This document shows positions 22,679 through 32,850 of a stretch of DNA of 64,000 nt, in pieces (positions within the stretch are counted from its first letter, which is position 1; every line of letters starts with the position of its first letter). Below the pieces are notes generated by a model. That model did no database searches, was not told the DNA's origin, and saw only the letters and a list, made by a program, of their open reading frames with translations. Where the stretch lies: assembly GCA_963709405.1 (NCBI GenBank), contig CAVPXM010000038.1, forward strand, positions 32,001 to 96,000, read 5' to 3'. Position numbers and translations under genes: made by a program. Source of the DNA: an uncultured Nitrososphaerales archaeon (lineage in GTDB: Archaea; Thermoproteota; Nitrososphaeria; Nitrososphaerales; Nitrososphaeraceae).

Positions 22679-23113
22679 TCAAATAAACTCCCACCTTAAG
22701 GGCTCATTTCGGATATATTGATAAAAAGCCATTTTGCGCCGGGATCTAAAAATTCTAAACACGGCCTCAGTTACGATTCTATTGACGGATTCTATCGGTA
22801 GCGTGGCAAGCTCAGCCTTCAATCTCGCAGAGAAATCTTCCAGATGTAGATGAAATATTGGCTTGTATTTGGCATTTTTCCCTTCGAAGTTACCAATACT
22901 TCTTAGACCAGCATATTTGTCAGCCTGATAAAAATACCTATTAAGCTGCCTATAGCTATTTTTTGTCGCCTTTACTTCAACGGTCTTCTGGCACTCGCAC
23001 ATCTGCAAATATAGTTGATCTTCGATGAAGCTAGAGAGCCAGTGAACCTCTTTCGCATTAAATTTCCAATCAGCCAAAAAGGCCGGTGGGACAAATACCT
23101 TCTCTTCATTCAT
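22679..23113 (-). CDS. Hypothetical protein in element operon
   Basis: 144 aa ORF; ATGA overlap with upstream gene, 3 bp to downstream gene. Confidence 0.7.
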   Translation of the reverse strand: MNEEKVFVPPAFLADWKFNAKEVHWLSSFIEDQLYLQMCECQKTVEVKATKNSYRQLNRYFYQADKYAGLRSIGNFEGKNAKYKPIFHLHLEDFSARLKAELATLPIESVNRIVTEAVFRIFRSRRKMAFYQYIRNEPLRWEFI

Positions 23114-24054
23114 TTCCTTAGAGGCACGAACCGAACCCTTTCGTTTACAAGTCGCTGTATATCTCGGGAGCTGAACTCATTAAGTGAAGCCTTATGTATT
23201 TGTTTATCAAAATATTGATCCACTGAGCCAAGCACCAGCCTTCTTAATCTCTCGGGGTCTTTCTGCAAAGCATCAGTTTCGATTTGATATAGTCCGCCAT
23301 TTTCTTTAGCAAATGCATTCGCATTTGGATCACGTCTTAATTTCTCTAAAACTTGCGGATCAGGATTCTTCAGGTGGTCTAGACCAAAGTCCACAATCTG
23401 CGACTTTCTCAGTGCAGTTCTCTCAAAATGAATGCCATAACCTCGAAGTTTCTGTCCGAGATTGTAGGACATTCTGAGACCTGTCGGATCATAATCACCA
23501 AAATAAAGAACGTGGACGATCTTACCTTGTCGTTTCTTAGAAAGTAATCGCTGAATATTGTTGTATTCGTACGTGATACTCGACCACCCGCGATTAGGAA
23601 CAATACGGACTTGTCTATCTTTCAAGATTTCCTGGAATGTTCCAACAACTGCACCTTTTTCTATAAATACTTCGACATAATGACGCTGATCATACCATCT
23701 TGGTATAGTATGATGGTATGATCTGTGTAAGTGTCGCAGTTTACCCAGGAAATAGTTTATAAATTCAATTGGTTCCCAATATCTATCGTCAATTTCAATT
23801 ATGTGCCTGCTGTTATCGACAAAGGAGTCCATCGGAATTAGTTTCTTCTTTCTGGCGGTAGAAAGTGCCTTCACGAGACCCTTATATGCAGGTGTGGTAA
23901 GTGGTATGACCTGATCGGACCCGGCCCTATAAAATATCCCTCTTATCGTAGGCTTGAATCCGGTGTATTCGTTGTCTAGCAGATGCCTAACGTATGGTAT
24001 CACAAAGTCAACCCAGTCGATCACTTTTGTTGCAGCATTGCTGGCGGTGGTCAT
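23110..24054 (-). CDS. Spo11/Topo VI-A-like (Mini-A-like) WHD + Toprim protein
   Basis: 'PTIRGIFYR' (candidate catalytic Tyr), 'VEVFIEK' (Toprim Glu), 'RGWSS', 'YFGDYDPTG' (DxD), 'ETDAL'. Confidence 0.8.
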   Translation of the reverse strand: MTTASNAATKVIDWVDFVIPYVRHLLDNEYTGFKPTIRGIFYRAGSDQVIPLTTPAYKGLVKALSTARKKKLIPMDSFVDNSRHIIEIDDRYWEPIEFINYFLGKLRHLHRSYHHTIPRWYDQRHYVEVFIEKGAVVGTFQEILKDRQVRIVPNRGWSSITYEYNNIQRLLSKKRQGKIVHVLYFGDYDPTGLRMSYNLGQKLRGYGIHFERTALRKSQIVDFGLDHLKNPDPQVLEKLRRDPNANAFAKENGGLYQIETDALQKDPERLRRLVLGSVDQYFDKQIHKASLNEFSSRDIQRLVNERVRFVPLRK

Positions 24055-24422
24055 GACCCAAGCGCCCCCTGTGCTAGAATTTTATTACCATTAATTTCTG
24101 AAGTCTCGTGATTTTTTGACTTTTGCAGTCTGCCTGTGAAATATTCGCTAACAATCGACTGCCTTATTTCGTTTCTAGTACTTGATAATACTTTGCCTGC
24201 GACTTTTTCAAATACGATGCCCTCAAGAAGCAAACCATTATCCTTGCAAATATAGAATTCCTTTACCTCGTTAGAGATGTCACCTACAAAACTCTCTACG
24301 GCAAAGCCTTTCCCGAACTTATGAATAGGAACTACAACGCTAAGGTTATTAGTTGGACTTTCTGTACTCTTCATCGTTCGTGCACTCCTTCTACGATTGA
24401 ACTGCTCCAACTGAACCTGCAA
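24051..24422 (-). CDS. Hypothetical protein in element operon
   Basis: 123 aa ORF, stop overlaps next ATG (ATGA); start uncertain. Confidence 0.6.
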   Translation of the reverse strand: MQVQLEQFNRRRSARTMKSTESPTNNLSVVVPIHKFGKGFAVESFVGDISNEVKEFYICKDNGLLLEGIVFEKVAGKVLSSTRNEIRQSIVSEYFTGRLQKSKNHETSEINGNKILAQGALGS

Positions 24423-24477
24423 TCAGGGCGGCACCTTTGAATGCAAGTATCGGCAACTTTTACTCTTACAGTCAATT

Positions 24478-24666
24478 TTACGTGACCGATTCTTCCTGTG
24501 GCTGAAGTTTGTACTTCTTCAAAACAATTCCGTTTTCCATAGGTTGTTGAACGAAGAAAGTTAATTCATCAATGCCAAGGCGTCTCACGTGACTTGGATC
24601 CAGTGTCAGAACGACTGAAGTCCCCACGTAGTGGGCCTTTTTGATAGGATACGATTTTTCAGACAT
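24478..24666 (-). CDS. AbrB/SpoVT-like swapped-hairpin DNA-binding protein
   Basis: MSEKSYPIKKAHYVGTSVVLTLDPSHVRRLGID...ENGIVLKK; start at ATG 24666. Confidence 0.7.
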   Translation of the reverse strand: MSEKSYPIKKAHYVGTSVVLTLDPSHVRRLGIDELTFFVQQPMENGIVLKKYKLQPQEESVT

Positions 24667-24669
24667 GCT

Positions 24670-24722
24670 ATGTTGTATCAAACACAACATGTTATATTTA
24701 TATGTTGTATCATATACAACAT
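24670..24722. promoter_or_regulatory. Two 21-bp palindromic putative operators flanking a shared TATA-like core
   Basis: ATGTTGTatcaaacACAACAT (24670-24690) and ATGTTGTATcatATACAACAT (24702-24722) separated by gttatatttat. Confidence 0.8.
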
Positions 24723-24730
24723 CTGCTGCA

Positions 24731-25384
24731 ATGTTAGAAACTAACCCACTGAGAATACCCGTCGTCGTAGGTTTTTTTACAGATCTACAGAGAAAAATAG
24801 TTAAGCACGTGGGAACTAACAACAACGCAAGTTACAGGACATTAATTCAAGATATCGGGAAAGATCGAATAACAATTATGCAGTGCTTAAATTCTTTGAT
24901 GGAGTGGCGGTATATTGACAAAAAAAAGGTCAAACCAGAATTTGAAAAAAGCAAGCTGATCTTTTCGTTAACATCTAAGGGAATCGCAGCAGCATGCCTT
25001 AGAAAAGTTATAACTCTAGATGAGATAGCCAAAAATATTAATGGAAAGGACAAGATTACCAAATATGTAAAATTTGTCTATCAAACGTTTAATTCTTCAA
25101 ACCGCAATCTGATGATAGAGCCGCTATTTCGAAAACTCGATAAAACATATGCAGGTTATGAGCCTGGATCTGATGAAGAAAAGAATATAGTAAGAGATTG
25201 TTTTCTCAGAGGCATCGTGGATCTATGCTTTGATGACAATTTTAACGTAAGCAGATTGTTTAATAATAAAGGTATCAAATTGCTAGAGGAATTATATTCG
25301 TCAGAGGAGCTTAAAGAAATGAAGAAATTCTTGGTAAAAGGAAGGGACAACATCAGTTCAACTATTGAAAAGTTTCCAGATTAG
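24731..25384 (+). CDS. Winged-helix transcriptional regulator (putative repressor)
   Basis: 'ASYRTLIQDIGKDRITIMQCLNSLMEWRYID...IFSLTSKG' wHTH; divergent from AbrB-like gene. Confidence 0.75.
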   Translation: MLETNPLRIPVVVGFFTDLQRKIVKHVGTNNNASYRTLIQDIGKDRITIMQCLNSLMEWRYIDKKKVKPEFEKSKLIFSLTSKGIAAACLRKVITLDEIAKNINGKDKITKYVKFVYQTFNSSNRNLMIEPLFRKLDKTYAGYEPGSDEEKNIVRDCFLRGIVDLCFDDNFNVSRLFNNKGIKLLEELYSSEELKEMKKFLVKGRDNISSTIEKFPD

Positions 25385-26561
25385 TAGTGGCCTGTGAAAT
25401 CTGTACCAATTTTGAAGGATTCTTTAATAATTGCTGCATATCCGATATTGCGTTCTTAAGCAGCTGAATGTCTGTATCGTATTTTTCTCTCAATGTATGT
25501 ATCTCCTGGTCTTTCTCCTGTAATTTTGCCTCAATGTTCTTACCTGTCGCTTCTAAGGTTGTATAGTCCAAGAACGTTAAATACTTCATGCATTTGGTTG
25601 TATAGATTACCCTTTTTTCTGATTCCTTTATCGTATAGTAAGGCGATTTAGAATGTCCTAAAAACCATTCAGAGTAATCTTGGTTAACCTGGTTACTTAT
25701 TACACTTTTACAAAACCTTCTCAAAGAATGTAACGTAATTTTCCTTCTTTGCATTCCTTCTTTTCTTTCAGCCATTCCTACGATTGTAAGTAACTTTTCA
25801 AACTCTACCATTACTTTGATGTACAAGTAATTAGGATTGGGCTCATTTCTTATTGTATAGGTACTAAATACCAAGTCGTCTGGCATTGGTATTTTAGTTC
25901 GGCTATCACCCTTATCCCGATACTTCCAATTAATCCATTCCTTTAGATATTTACTTGCTTCATCCGATATGTAAATCTCCCGGGAGATTTTAGTTTTGAC
26001 GTACTCTTTACGAATATGGATCTTTGCAGGACTAATTGAAAAGTCGATATCTCTCAGTCTGATTGCAAGAGCTTCTACCGCTCTTAGTCCTCCACTTGCT
26101 AGAACTAAAAGATATCCCTTTAACCTTCTATTATTACATGATAGCAATAATTTTCTGATATCTGACACATCTAACGGCTCCTCATCTTCATGATAAATCT
26201 TCGGCATCTTGATTTTTCTTTTAAATTTTGAAGGTATAACATCTATATCATAATAAGCAAAATACGATTTGAGTCCAGTTAAGTATAGCCTAACACTACG
26301 TATCGAAAGCTTTCTATTGATCAAAAATGAAATAAAGTTATCTAATATCTCATAGACGCTAATCTCTGATTTCTGAAGTGGTTCCAAGATTGTTTCAGTA
26401 GTATATTCTGGATACTTAACAGTTAGGAAATTATGAAAATGTGTGATGCTGTTAAGATAAGAACTTTTTGAATTTTTGCTGTTACGTGCTATACTTCGTA
26501 AAAAGGAATTCACTTTGGCAGTTTGATATATCTGCTGACGTACGGAGCTATCTTTTGCCAA
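25362..26561 (-). CDS. Tyrosine recombinase / site-specific integrase
   Basis: 'GGLRAVEAL' (R), 'VKTK' (K), 'HSLRRF' (HxxR), 'LGH', 'PYY' (Y); C-terminal coiled coil. Confidence 0.92.
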   Translation of the reverse strand: MAKDSSVRQQIYQTAKVNSFLRSIARNSKNSKSSYLNSITHFHNFLTVKYPEYTTETILEPLQKSEISVYEILDNFISFLINRKLSIRSVRLYLTGLKSYFAYYDIDVIPSKFKRKIKMPKIYHEDEEPLDVSDIRKLLLSCNNRRLKGYLLVLASGGLRAVEALAIRLRDIDFSISPAKIHIRKEYVKTKISREIYISDEASKYLKEWINWKYRDKGDSRTKIPMPDDLVFSTYTIRNEPNPNYLYIKVMVEFEKLLTIVGMAERKEGMQRRKITLHSLRRFCKSVISNQVNQDYSEWFLGHSKSPYYTIKESEKRVIYTTKCMKYLTFLDYTTLEATGKNIEAKLQEKDQEIHTLREKYDTDIQLLKNAISDMQQLLKNPSKLVQISQATTNLETFQ

Positions 26562-26597
26562 AATCTTATATATCTCCCAAGAAATGATATATTAACT

Positions 26598-27149
26598 TTG
26601 TTGGTTGGTATAATATCAGATACCCATGACGATATCGAGAATACGGTACATGCTATAGATTTGTTCAATGTCTATGAAGTTGACTACGTAATTCACGCTG
26701 GAGATTATGTCTTCCCAGGCATAGTCAGGGAGTTTGAAAAGTTGAAAGCAAAATTTGTCGGCGTTCTAGGGAATAATGATGGTGAGAGGATGCATCTATT
26801 AAAGAACTTCTTAGACATCAAAGGAGATTTGAAGGGCGAGTTGGGTGAACTAGAAATAGATGGAATACGCTTCGGCGTATATCATGGAACGGTAGGAGAG
26901 ATCAAGAATCAGCTTGTTAGTTCCGGCAGATATGATATCCTTATCTGTGGACATACCCATAAGATAGAACTGCCAACTAGGAAATTAACAGAAAGACATA
27001 CAAGTGATGATCTAAGAAGCTCAACTCTTGTTCTAAATCCTGGAACAGCTCATAAAAAAGTTCAAAGCATTTCCGGTGCTTTTAATGAGGGTGGGATTAT
27101 AATTTTTCAAACGCGAACTTACGATTATGAGTTTATTAATTTGCCCTGA
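26598..27149 (+). CDS. YfcE-like metallophosphoesterase
   Basis: 'ISDTHD', 'HAGD', 'GNND', 'YHG', 'GHTH', 'LNPG'; TTG start at 26598. Confidence 0.9.
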   Translation: MLVGIISDTHDDIENTVHAIDLFNVYEVDYVIHAGDYVFPGIVREFEKLKAKFVGVLGNNDGERMHLLKNFLDIKGDLKGELGELEIDGIRFGVYHGTVGEIKNQLVSSGRYDILICGHTHKIELPTRKLTERHTSDDLRSSTLVLNPGTAHKKVQSISGAFNEGGIIIFQTRTYDYEFINLP

Positions 27150-27755
27150 AATTCGTAATTGAGCAGTAGCCTAACTTCCAGTTTTTTTGAGATAATGTTA
27201 CTTCCGGTGAATATATATTCCGACTAATATTTCATATTCATCGAAAGTGCAGTTTCCTGTTTCATATGTGTTAATGCCTTCGCATAGCCACTGGGATCAC
27301 TTCCCACTAGATGACCCTGATTAAATTTCATACGATTAGTACTAATAGATCGTCTCGTGTGATCATAATTTGGATGATGTATGGCTAGTAGACTACAGTT
27401 TTCTTAAGGCATTCGATTTCACTAGTAGTTTATTATGTAGAAATGTGAAACGATAACTACCACGATGTAGTGTTCACTGATACAGAGGATTATTTAGTTA
27501 CACTTGTTTCTCAGTTGTGGCAAGGTGGAGACTAGTGTTACCCCTTCGCAGACTCTGAGATTGAACCAGACATTCGTTAAGGATGACATACAGGGTGAAG
27601 CATTAACAAACTGGAAAAGAGTGAGGAACAGTTAGATTTTATTTTTCGCTAATTGTCTGGTATTGGCTTATGCAAACGAGGATGATTTTAAGTTTAACGT
27701 TACCAGTATTGTAAACAAATTATTATTTTTGAATATTGGTCAATGTGAACTTTTT

Positions 27756-28322
27756 TCATCCAAGTTCTTTATGTCTAAAGCAACTAAGAATATGATCATT
27801 TACCATTCCAATTGCTTGCATCATAGAGTAGCAAATAACAGATCCTACAAAAATAAAACCCCTTTTCTTGAGATCGTTGCTCAATAGATCAGAAGTTTGT
27901 GTTCTCGAAGGAACTTCAGTCCAGCTTTTCCAATTATTTTGTTTCGGGTTTCCGTCAACGAAGCTCCACAGATATGAGTCGAAGCTACCAAAATCCTTTT
28001 GTACCCTAATGAATGCGTTGGCATTTTTTACAACGGATTGAATTTTTGATCTGTTTCTTATTATTAATGGATTTGTAACGAGTTGTTGGAGCTTTTCTTC
28101 GTCATATAAGGCAATCTTGTGAACATCAAAATTGTCAAACGCTTTTCTGTATCCTTCCCTTTTTCTAAGTATCATTGACCAATTTAAACCGGCCTGTGCT
28201 GACTCGAGTACCAAGAATTCAAAAAGCTTATTGTCATCATGAACTGGAACAGCCCATTCATTATCGTGATACTCGATATCAATTGGATTGCCAATCTCAG
28301 CCCATTTGCATCGAACTTTCAT
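27756..28322 (-). CDS. tag: DNA-3-methyladenine glycosylase I
   Basis: 'RCKWA...YHDNEW', 'LESAQAGLNW', 'IIRNRSKI', 'GMVNDH..SCF'. Confidence 0.93.
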   Translation of the reverse strand: MKVRCKWAEIGNPIDIEYHDNEWAVPVHDDNKLFEFLVLESAQAGLNWSMILRKREGYRKAFDNFDVHKIALYDEEKLQQLVTNPLIIRNRSKIQSVVKNANAFIRVQKDFGSFDSYLWSFVDGNPKQNNWKSWTEVPSRTQTSDLLSNDLKKRGFIFVGSVICYSMMQAIGMVNDHILSCFRHKELG

Positions 28323-29186
28323 CTGCTTATAGTTAATAGATCAGTGATCATGGAGGTATAAAGTGATGTGCTTAATTTCTTTCACTTTTCTCACCACCGT
28401 TCCATGCTAGAGAGTGGCGAGGGCATAACAGATCCTTCCACGGTCAAGATATAGAATATACAATGTCTGTAATCATTTGTGATTAAGGCAATATCGGTCC
28501 CTTCATTTCAATACTATTAAATTTAGGAGAACATGTAGCTGCGATGCGTTGGAAGCCGGCTATGTTCTAATCTGATTCTTGCTGCAATAATCATAAGTTT
28601 TGATATAAAAATTGACCTATTTGTTTAATTTGGTCGAAAAGTCGCTAGCTACATTCGCCGGGTATTGAGACCAGACTAATCCTACAAGCCAAGCTTCTAA
28701 TTGTAATCCAATCTAATCTGACCTACTTTTAAAGAATTCATTTTTGGTATTTAATTTCCTCTACTTCATATGAATCATCAAGTTGTTTGAATACGAAAAC
28801 ATTGCAAACTCTGCACTGGTATTGTTTCACTGGGCGATCATGACAAATAGACCCATTTAACCACACCATAAGTGAGCCGCAAAGCGGACAGTTCATAGTC
28901 ATCTAGAAAACTAAGCGATAGTTAGTATGTATTAATATTTCGTTAGGACTATCAAAAATATTACTCATGAAGAATGCATTTTGGATCAATTGTAACTCTT
29001 ACTAATAGGATGCCGCAAATCGATCAGATTTCATTAATACAATTAGAGTAAAAAAACAATCCACGTTTCAGATTTCCTACAAACGAGCCATTTAGAATCT
29101 CAGATATATATCAAGATATGACGAGCCCACGTCTAGAATTTAGCAGTAAATGAGATTTGTTGTCGAGCGAATGCCGATTTACTTTA

Positions 29187-29510
29187 CTAAACTGGTAGGG
29201 AGAGTTTGCCACAATATTCTTCTAGTTTTACATCCATCTTGATTCTGGAAATAATATTATTCTTGTCTTCCTCAGTAAACCACTGAGAAATCGATTTTGC
29301 GATTCCGTTTTTATCACATATTGCTATTAAATAACCATTTGTTTCCTTTTTTACGGCAATCAAGTTTTCTTCACCTACAGGTTCCCATATGTTATCTTTG
29401 TTATCCTTCAAAGCTAATGCAGGCAATGCATGACCAGCATACGAATTCAAGAGTTCCTGTGCTGCTCTGACACGTTTTTCACCGATTTTCAATGCTGTGA
29501 AATATAACAT
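29187..29510 (-). CDS. Conserved hypothetical protein
   Basis: Intact 107 aa ORF co-oriented with the HD gene. Confidence 0.75.
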   Translation of the reverse strand: MLYFTALKIGEKRVRAAQELLNSYAGHALPALALKDNKDNIWEPVGEENLIAVKKETNGYLIAICDKNGIAKSISQWFTEEDKNNIISRIKMDVKLEEYCGKLSLPV

Positions 29511-29522
29511 ATGTATTCTATC

Positions 29523-30083
29523 CTAAGATGGTGATTTTAAAGTATTTAAGATATCTAGCATAATGGGAAAGGTGTTGTATGACTTTAAGGTCTTCTTAGA
29601 TGAGAGCAAGAACTGGGCAAGTAGAGCTTTAGGATAGTCCGCCTCATACTTCTTAGCTTGTAATGCCAATTCAAACCTATCAACCATATGTACAAAATTT
29701 GCAGCACTAGTTCTGTTTTGCATGTATTCCTCCCAGATTTTTTTGTACTTTAGACGAATCGGCTTTGGTATGGACTGCAATATCATGTCCATAGCGTTCT
29801 GTTCTAGGTTGCGTTTTAGTTTCTTTCCGATCTCATTTGGCAAGTAGTCGCCAATTACAGATTCAACCAAGTCATGGAGAATTGCCATCTTGAGGATCTT
29901 TTCTGTTTCCAATTCCAACATATCCGACAAAACCATACCTACAAGACATACGGAATAAGAATGGTCTGCGACTGATTCAGGATCATTCACTCCTATCTTT
30001 TTCACCCACCCAGCCCGTTTAACAGACTTTAGTTTCAGGCCATATTGGAAAAAATTATTCAGATCAGACAGCATAATTTTCAT
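29523..30083 (-). CDS. HD-domain phosphohydrolase (HDDC2/YfbR-like)
   Basis: 'KRAGW', 'ESVADHS', 'ILHDLVESVIGD', 'DRFE'. Confidence 0.9.
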   Translation of the reverse strand: MKIMLSDLNNFFQYGLKLKSVKRAGWVKKIGVNDPESVADHSYSVCLVGMVLSDMLELETEKILKMAILHDLVESVIGDYLPNEIGKKLKRNLEQNAMDMILQSIPKPIRLKYKKIWEEYMQNRTSAANFVHMVDRFELALQAKKYEADYPKALLAQFLLSSKKTLKSYNTFPIMLDILNTLKSPS

Positions 30084-30259
30084 CTTCTGATTGCTTCATT
30101 TAAAGACAGAAGAATAAGTACGAGTTTCAGGCTCAATTACACCAATTTTCAGATTCGAATCAATGGCTCGAATAGGACAACGAATAGAATTATGCATGTA
30201 TTACAGCGTATCATAGTATCACGTACAGTGGTTATCAACTCCAACACTCTTTGAGGTTA

Positions 30260-30851
30260 CTAATCTGTAATTCCTTCCCATGCTATGTCCGATATTCCAT
30301 AGCGACGATTTACGGTTCTCGCGATGACAAAGAGGAGGTCGGATAGTCTGTTTAAATAAGTAAGAATGCAAGGATTCACATTTTCTCCTTGGGAGAGAGT
30401 AACTACAGCAATTTCAGATCTCCGTGCAACAGTCCTGTTAACATGAAGTGATGAGCTTTCTAAACTTCCCCCAGGAAGTAAAAAGAAGGTAATCGTAGGC
30501 AAAGCTCGCTTCAAATTTATCAATAGTAGATTCTAAAAACGATGTCATGGTTGTCTCCGCACGGGGAGTTTTGTCGCGTGTTCCGGCGTAAGTTTTTTGG
30601 ACATCGTAAGAAGGATCTGCTAGATCCGCCCCAATGATAAAAAGATCATTTTGTATCTTTGTCAAAACATTTACTATATCCATGAAAATGTTCTTTGCAT
30701 TCCGTCGCATCAATGAGATAGTGACACCTAAATTGGAATTCAGCTCATCTATAGACCCATAAGCGATAATTCTTTGATTGTTTTTTAAAACTCGTTTTCC
30801 ACCAATTAGACCAGTTTCGCCTTTATCGCCAGTCTTAGTATATATTTTCAT
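30260..30851 (-). pseudogene. pduO: ATP:cob(I)alamin adenosyltransferase (PduO type), one frameshift near 30505, possibly a sequencing error
   Basis: 'KIYTKTGDKGET', 'YGSIDELNS', 'IQNDLF' then 'FLLPGG', 'RTVARRSE', 'YLNRLSDLLF'. Confidence 0.9.
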
Positions 30852-30950
30852 GATTAGTTGTATCTAAATATCCAAAGTTGAGCAAATCATTTAAAATGAT
30901 CGGTGTTTATCTCTTTCAAATAGTCGAATCATAGAAAGGAAAGGTAGGCT

Positions 30951-31112
30951 TCAATACGAATGAACTTCAGATTTGTGTTCGCGCAAATATTTTTTTTTCT
31001 TGAATCTCTCATTACATTTTTCACATTTGAACGGTCTCTCAAACTCTAACAAAAAACGCTCTTTTCTTTCTTCTGTGCTCTCTATAATTTGATCAGATTT
31101 AAAATCAACCAT
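30951..31112 (-). CDS. Small C2H2 zinc-finger protein
   Basis: 'ERPFKCEKCNERFKKKKYLREHKSEVH'. Confidence 0.8.
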   Translation of the reverse strand: MVDFKSDQIIESTEERKERFLLEFERPFKCEKCNERFKKKKYLREHKSEVHSY

Positions 31113-32850
31113 TTTGTTATTACCAATTCCGATATGAAAACCTTTTTTTGGTTTATTTGCCTTAAGGAACATAATTATCCTAAAATTATTATTCAGAATC
31201 ATCTAACTAAGTTTTAACCCCTAAAAATTCTTGGGTTATCGCCATGATTATGGTTCTGGTCTGTTTGATTGTCACAGTATACTTATCTAATGCAAAAATT
31301 TTCCTATCGCACATGGTTCCACCTCTAAGTGTAAACCCCATTGCTAATAAGTTGATGACATATAATAATACCGTTCGTTCAGACGTTCAAGGCTGGAAAG
31401 ATAAATAATGTATGATCCAAATAGATAAAGATCAGATATCATTAGCTGAATGAATCAAAAAGAAAAAGCAACGTTTGAATATGACATAAGAAGTGGTGGA
31501 ATTTGCAGCATTTCACGGTCACATTATTGCTCATCGGGTAAATCTTGCATCGTCTCATATAATCTAAATCAATCTGATTTTCATGATTTTCAATTGTTAT
31601 AGGTTGTTTTAAAGTTATGGTTCTCTGCTGTCAGATATCGCAATACTAGCTTAATCCATGTGAACTTCTATCCAGGTGCTTCTCGTTACTAGATATTCTA
31701 TTTTCACGGATATTTTACATTCTTGATTAGATAGATAGGTCAACTTTTTACTTTCTATTTTCTGTATCTGTCTCTCATGTGATGATACTTTATAGAAACA
31801 CGTTGGATACGCTAGCGAAAGCCATTGATCCCTATCTTAAACCTTTTTTCACAAGACCTGAGGATCTATTTGTGTTAGTCTTTCAATAGATAAGTCTAGC
31901 ATATCCTCAACTGCTTGAAAATCGTTTTAGTGTGTAGTGGCAATCATCCATTGAAGTTGATGAAAATACTGGACATCTATGATCATAGGCTGATTATCCA
32001 CATTTACATGGGTATTGCGTGTAGAACGCTTAGCATTATACGTCACAGATTGGTATAACGATTTTACAATGAATCACCATCCAACACTCAAGTCATACAC
32101 GCAGTTACATCGATAATCTATAAAATAGCAACTGGTCTTTTCCTATAGATCACATATTAAGATTTTTTAAACCTTTGTGTATGGCTTTATTGATCTTACC
32201 TCTCACTCCTAAAGACAGACTCGATCCCTTCTCTTGAACCACTTTGATGATTAATAACAGATCAGGACTATCATTCCATTTCTAATCTTTTCTATAAACA
32301 ATATTCTATTAACCCCATCTATAAACATACAATATCCACGTTATTCCCTCCAATCATACATATTACTGCATTTGAAGTTTAGTTCTGGATAAATCATGTC
32401 ATTTATGAAAATTAAATATAATATCATCGGTTCATTCCCTGTATTATATCAAATTTATTGTGTTCTATACAAATACGTCCTGACATAAGTGAATGCACAT
32501 CGCTAACCTTTATCGTCAGATAAGTAGAGGTGATATACAATAACTAACTGCGTAAGGCTAGAGTCGATATTGTAAGATTGGATAGTGAGGGGGATGACCT
32601 GTCAGTTCTTAATTATCTGACCTAGGTGGTTTGAACATTATGATTGTGAGAAATATGTAGAGCCTTCTGAAGTACTATGTGTAATCAATTAGTAGCTTAA
32701 GATATTACGACATGGCAAAAATGTCGCCATGAACAGGAGCAATAGCAATCGTAGATCCGATAACATGAGACCCAATCATTTGACGTGTCATTTGAAAGTT
32801 GAATCTAGATATGGTTAATCAAGATTCTTCGAAATTTCCAAGTATATATA

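Larger units (their letters stand above)
21146..26561. mobile_element. Integrase-bearing cryptic integrated element (plasmid- or virus-like), probably truncated on the left
   Basis: Tyrosine integrase, divergent regulator pair and coupled operon of Toprim and AAA+ genes; dense intact coding unlike the flanks; no att repeats seen. Confidence 0.75.

Noticed and set aside
23110-24054. Wadjet (JetD) defence system
   Set aside because: No SMC-like JetC or JetA/B genes; context is integrase and replication-like
24478-25384. Long overlapping versions of the two regulators (24478-24825 and 24641-25384)
   Set aside because: Extensions run through the operator spacer and overlap each other; ATGs at 24666 and 24731 fit better
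31200-32850. Hidden gene or ncRNA in long intergenic DNA (also 3800-5800, 28330-29180, 35600-36560, 56170-57350)
   Set aside because: Only short broken frames; no motif, repeat or structure I could support by eye
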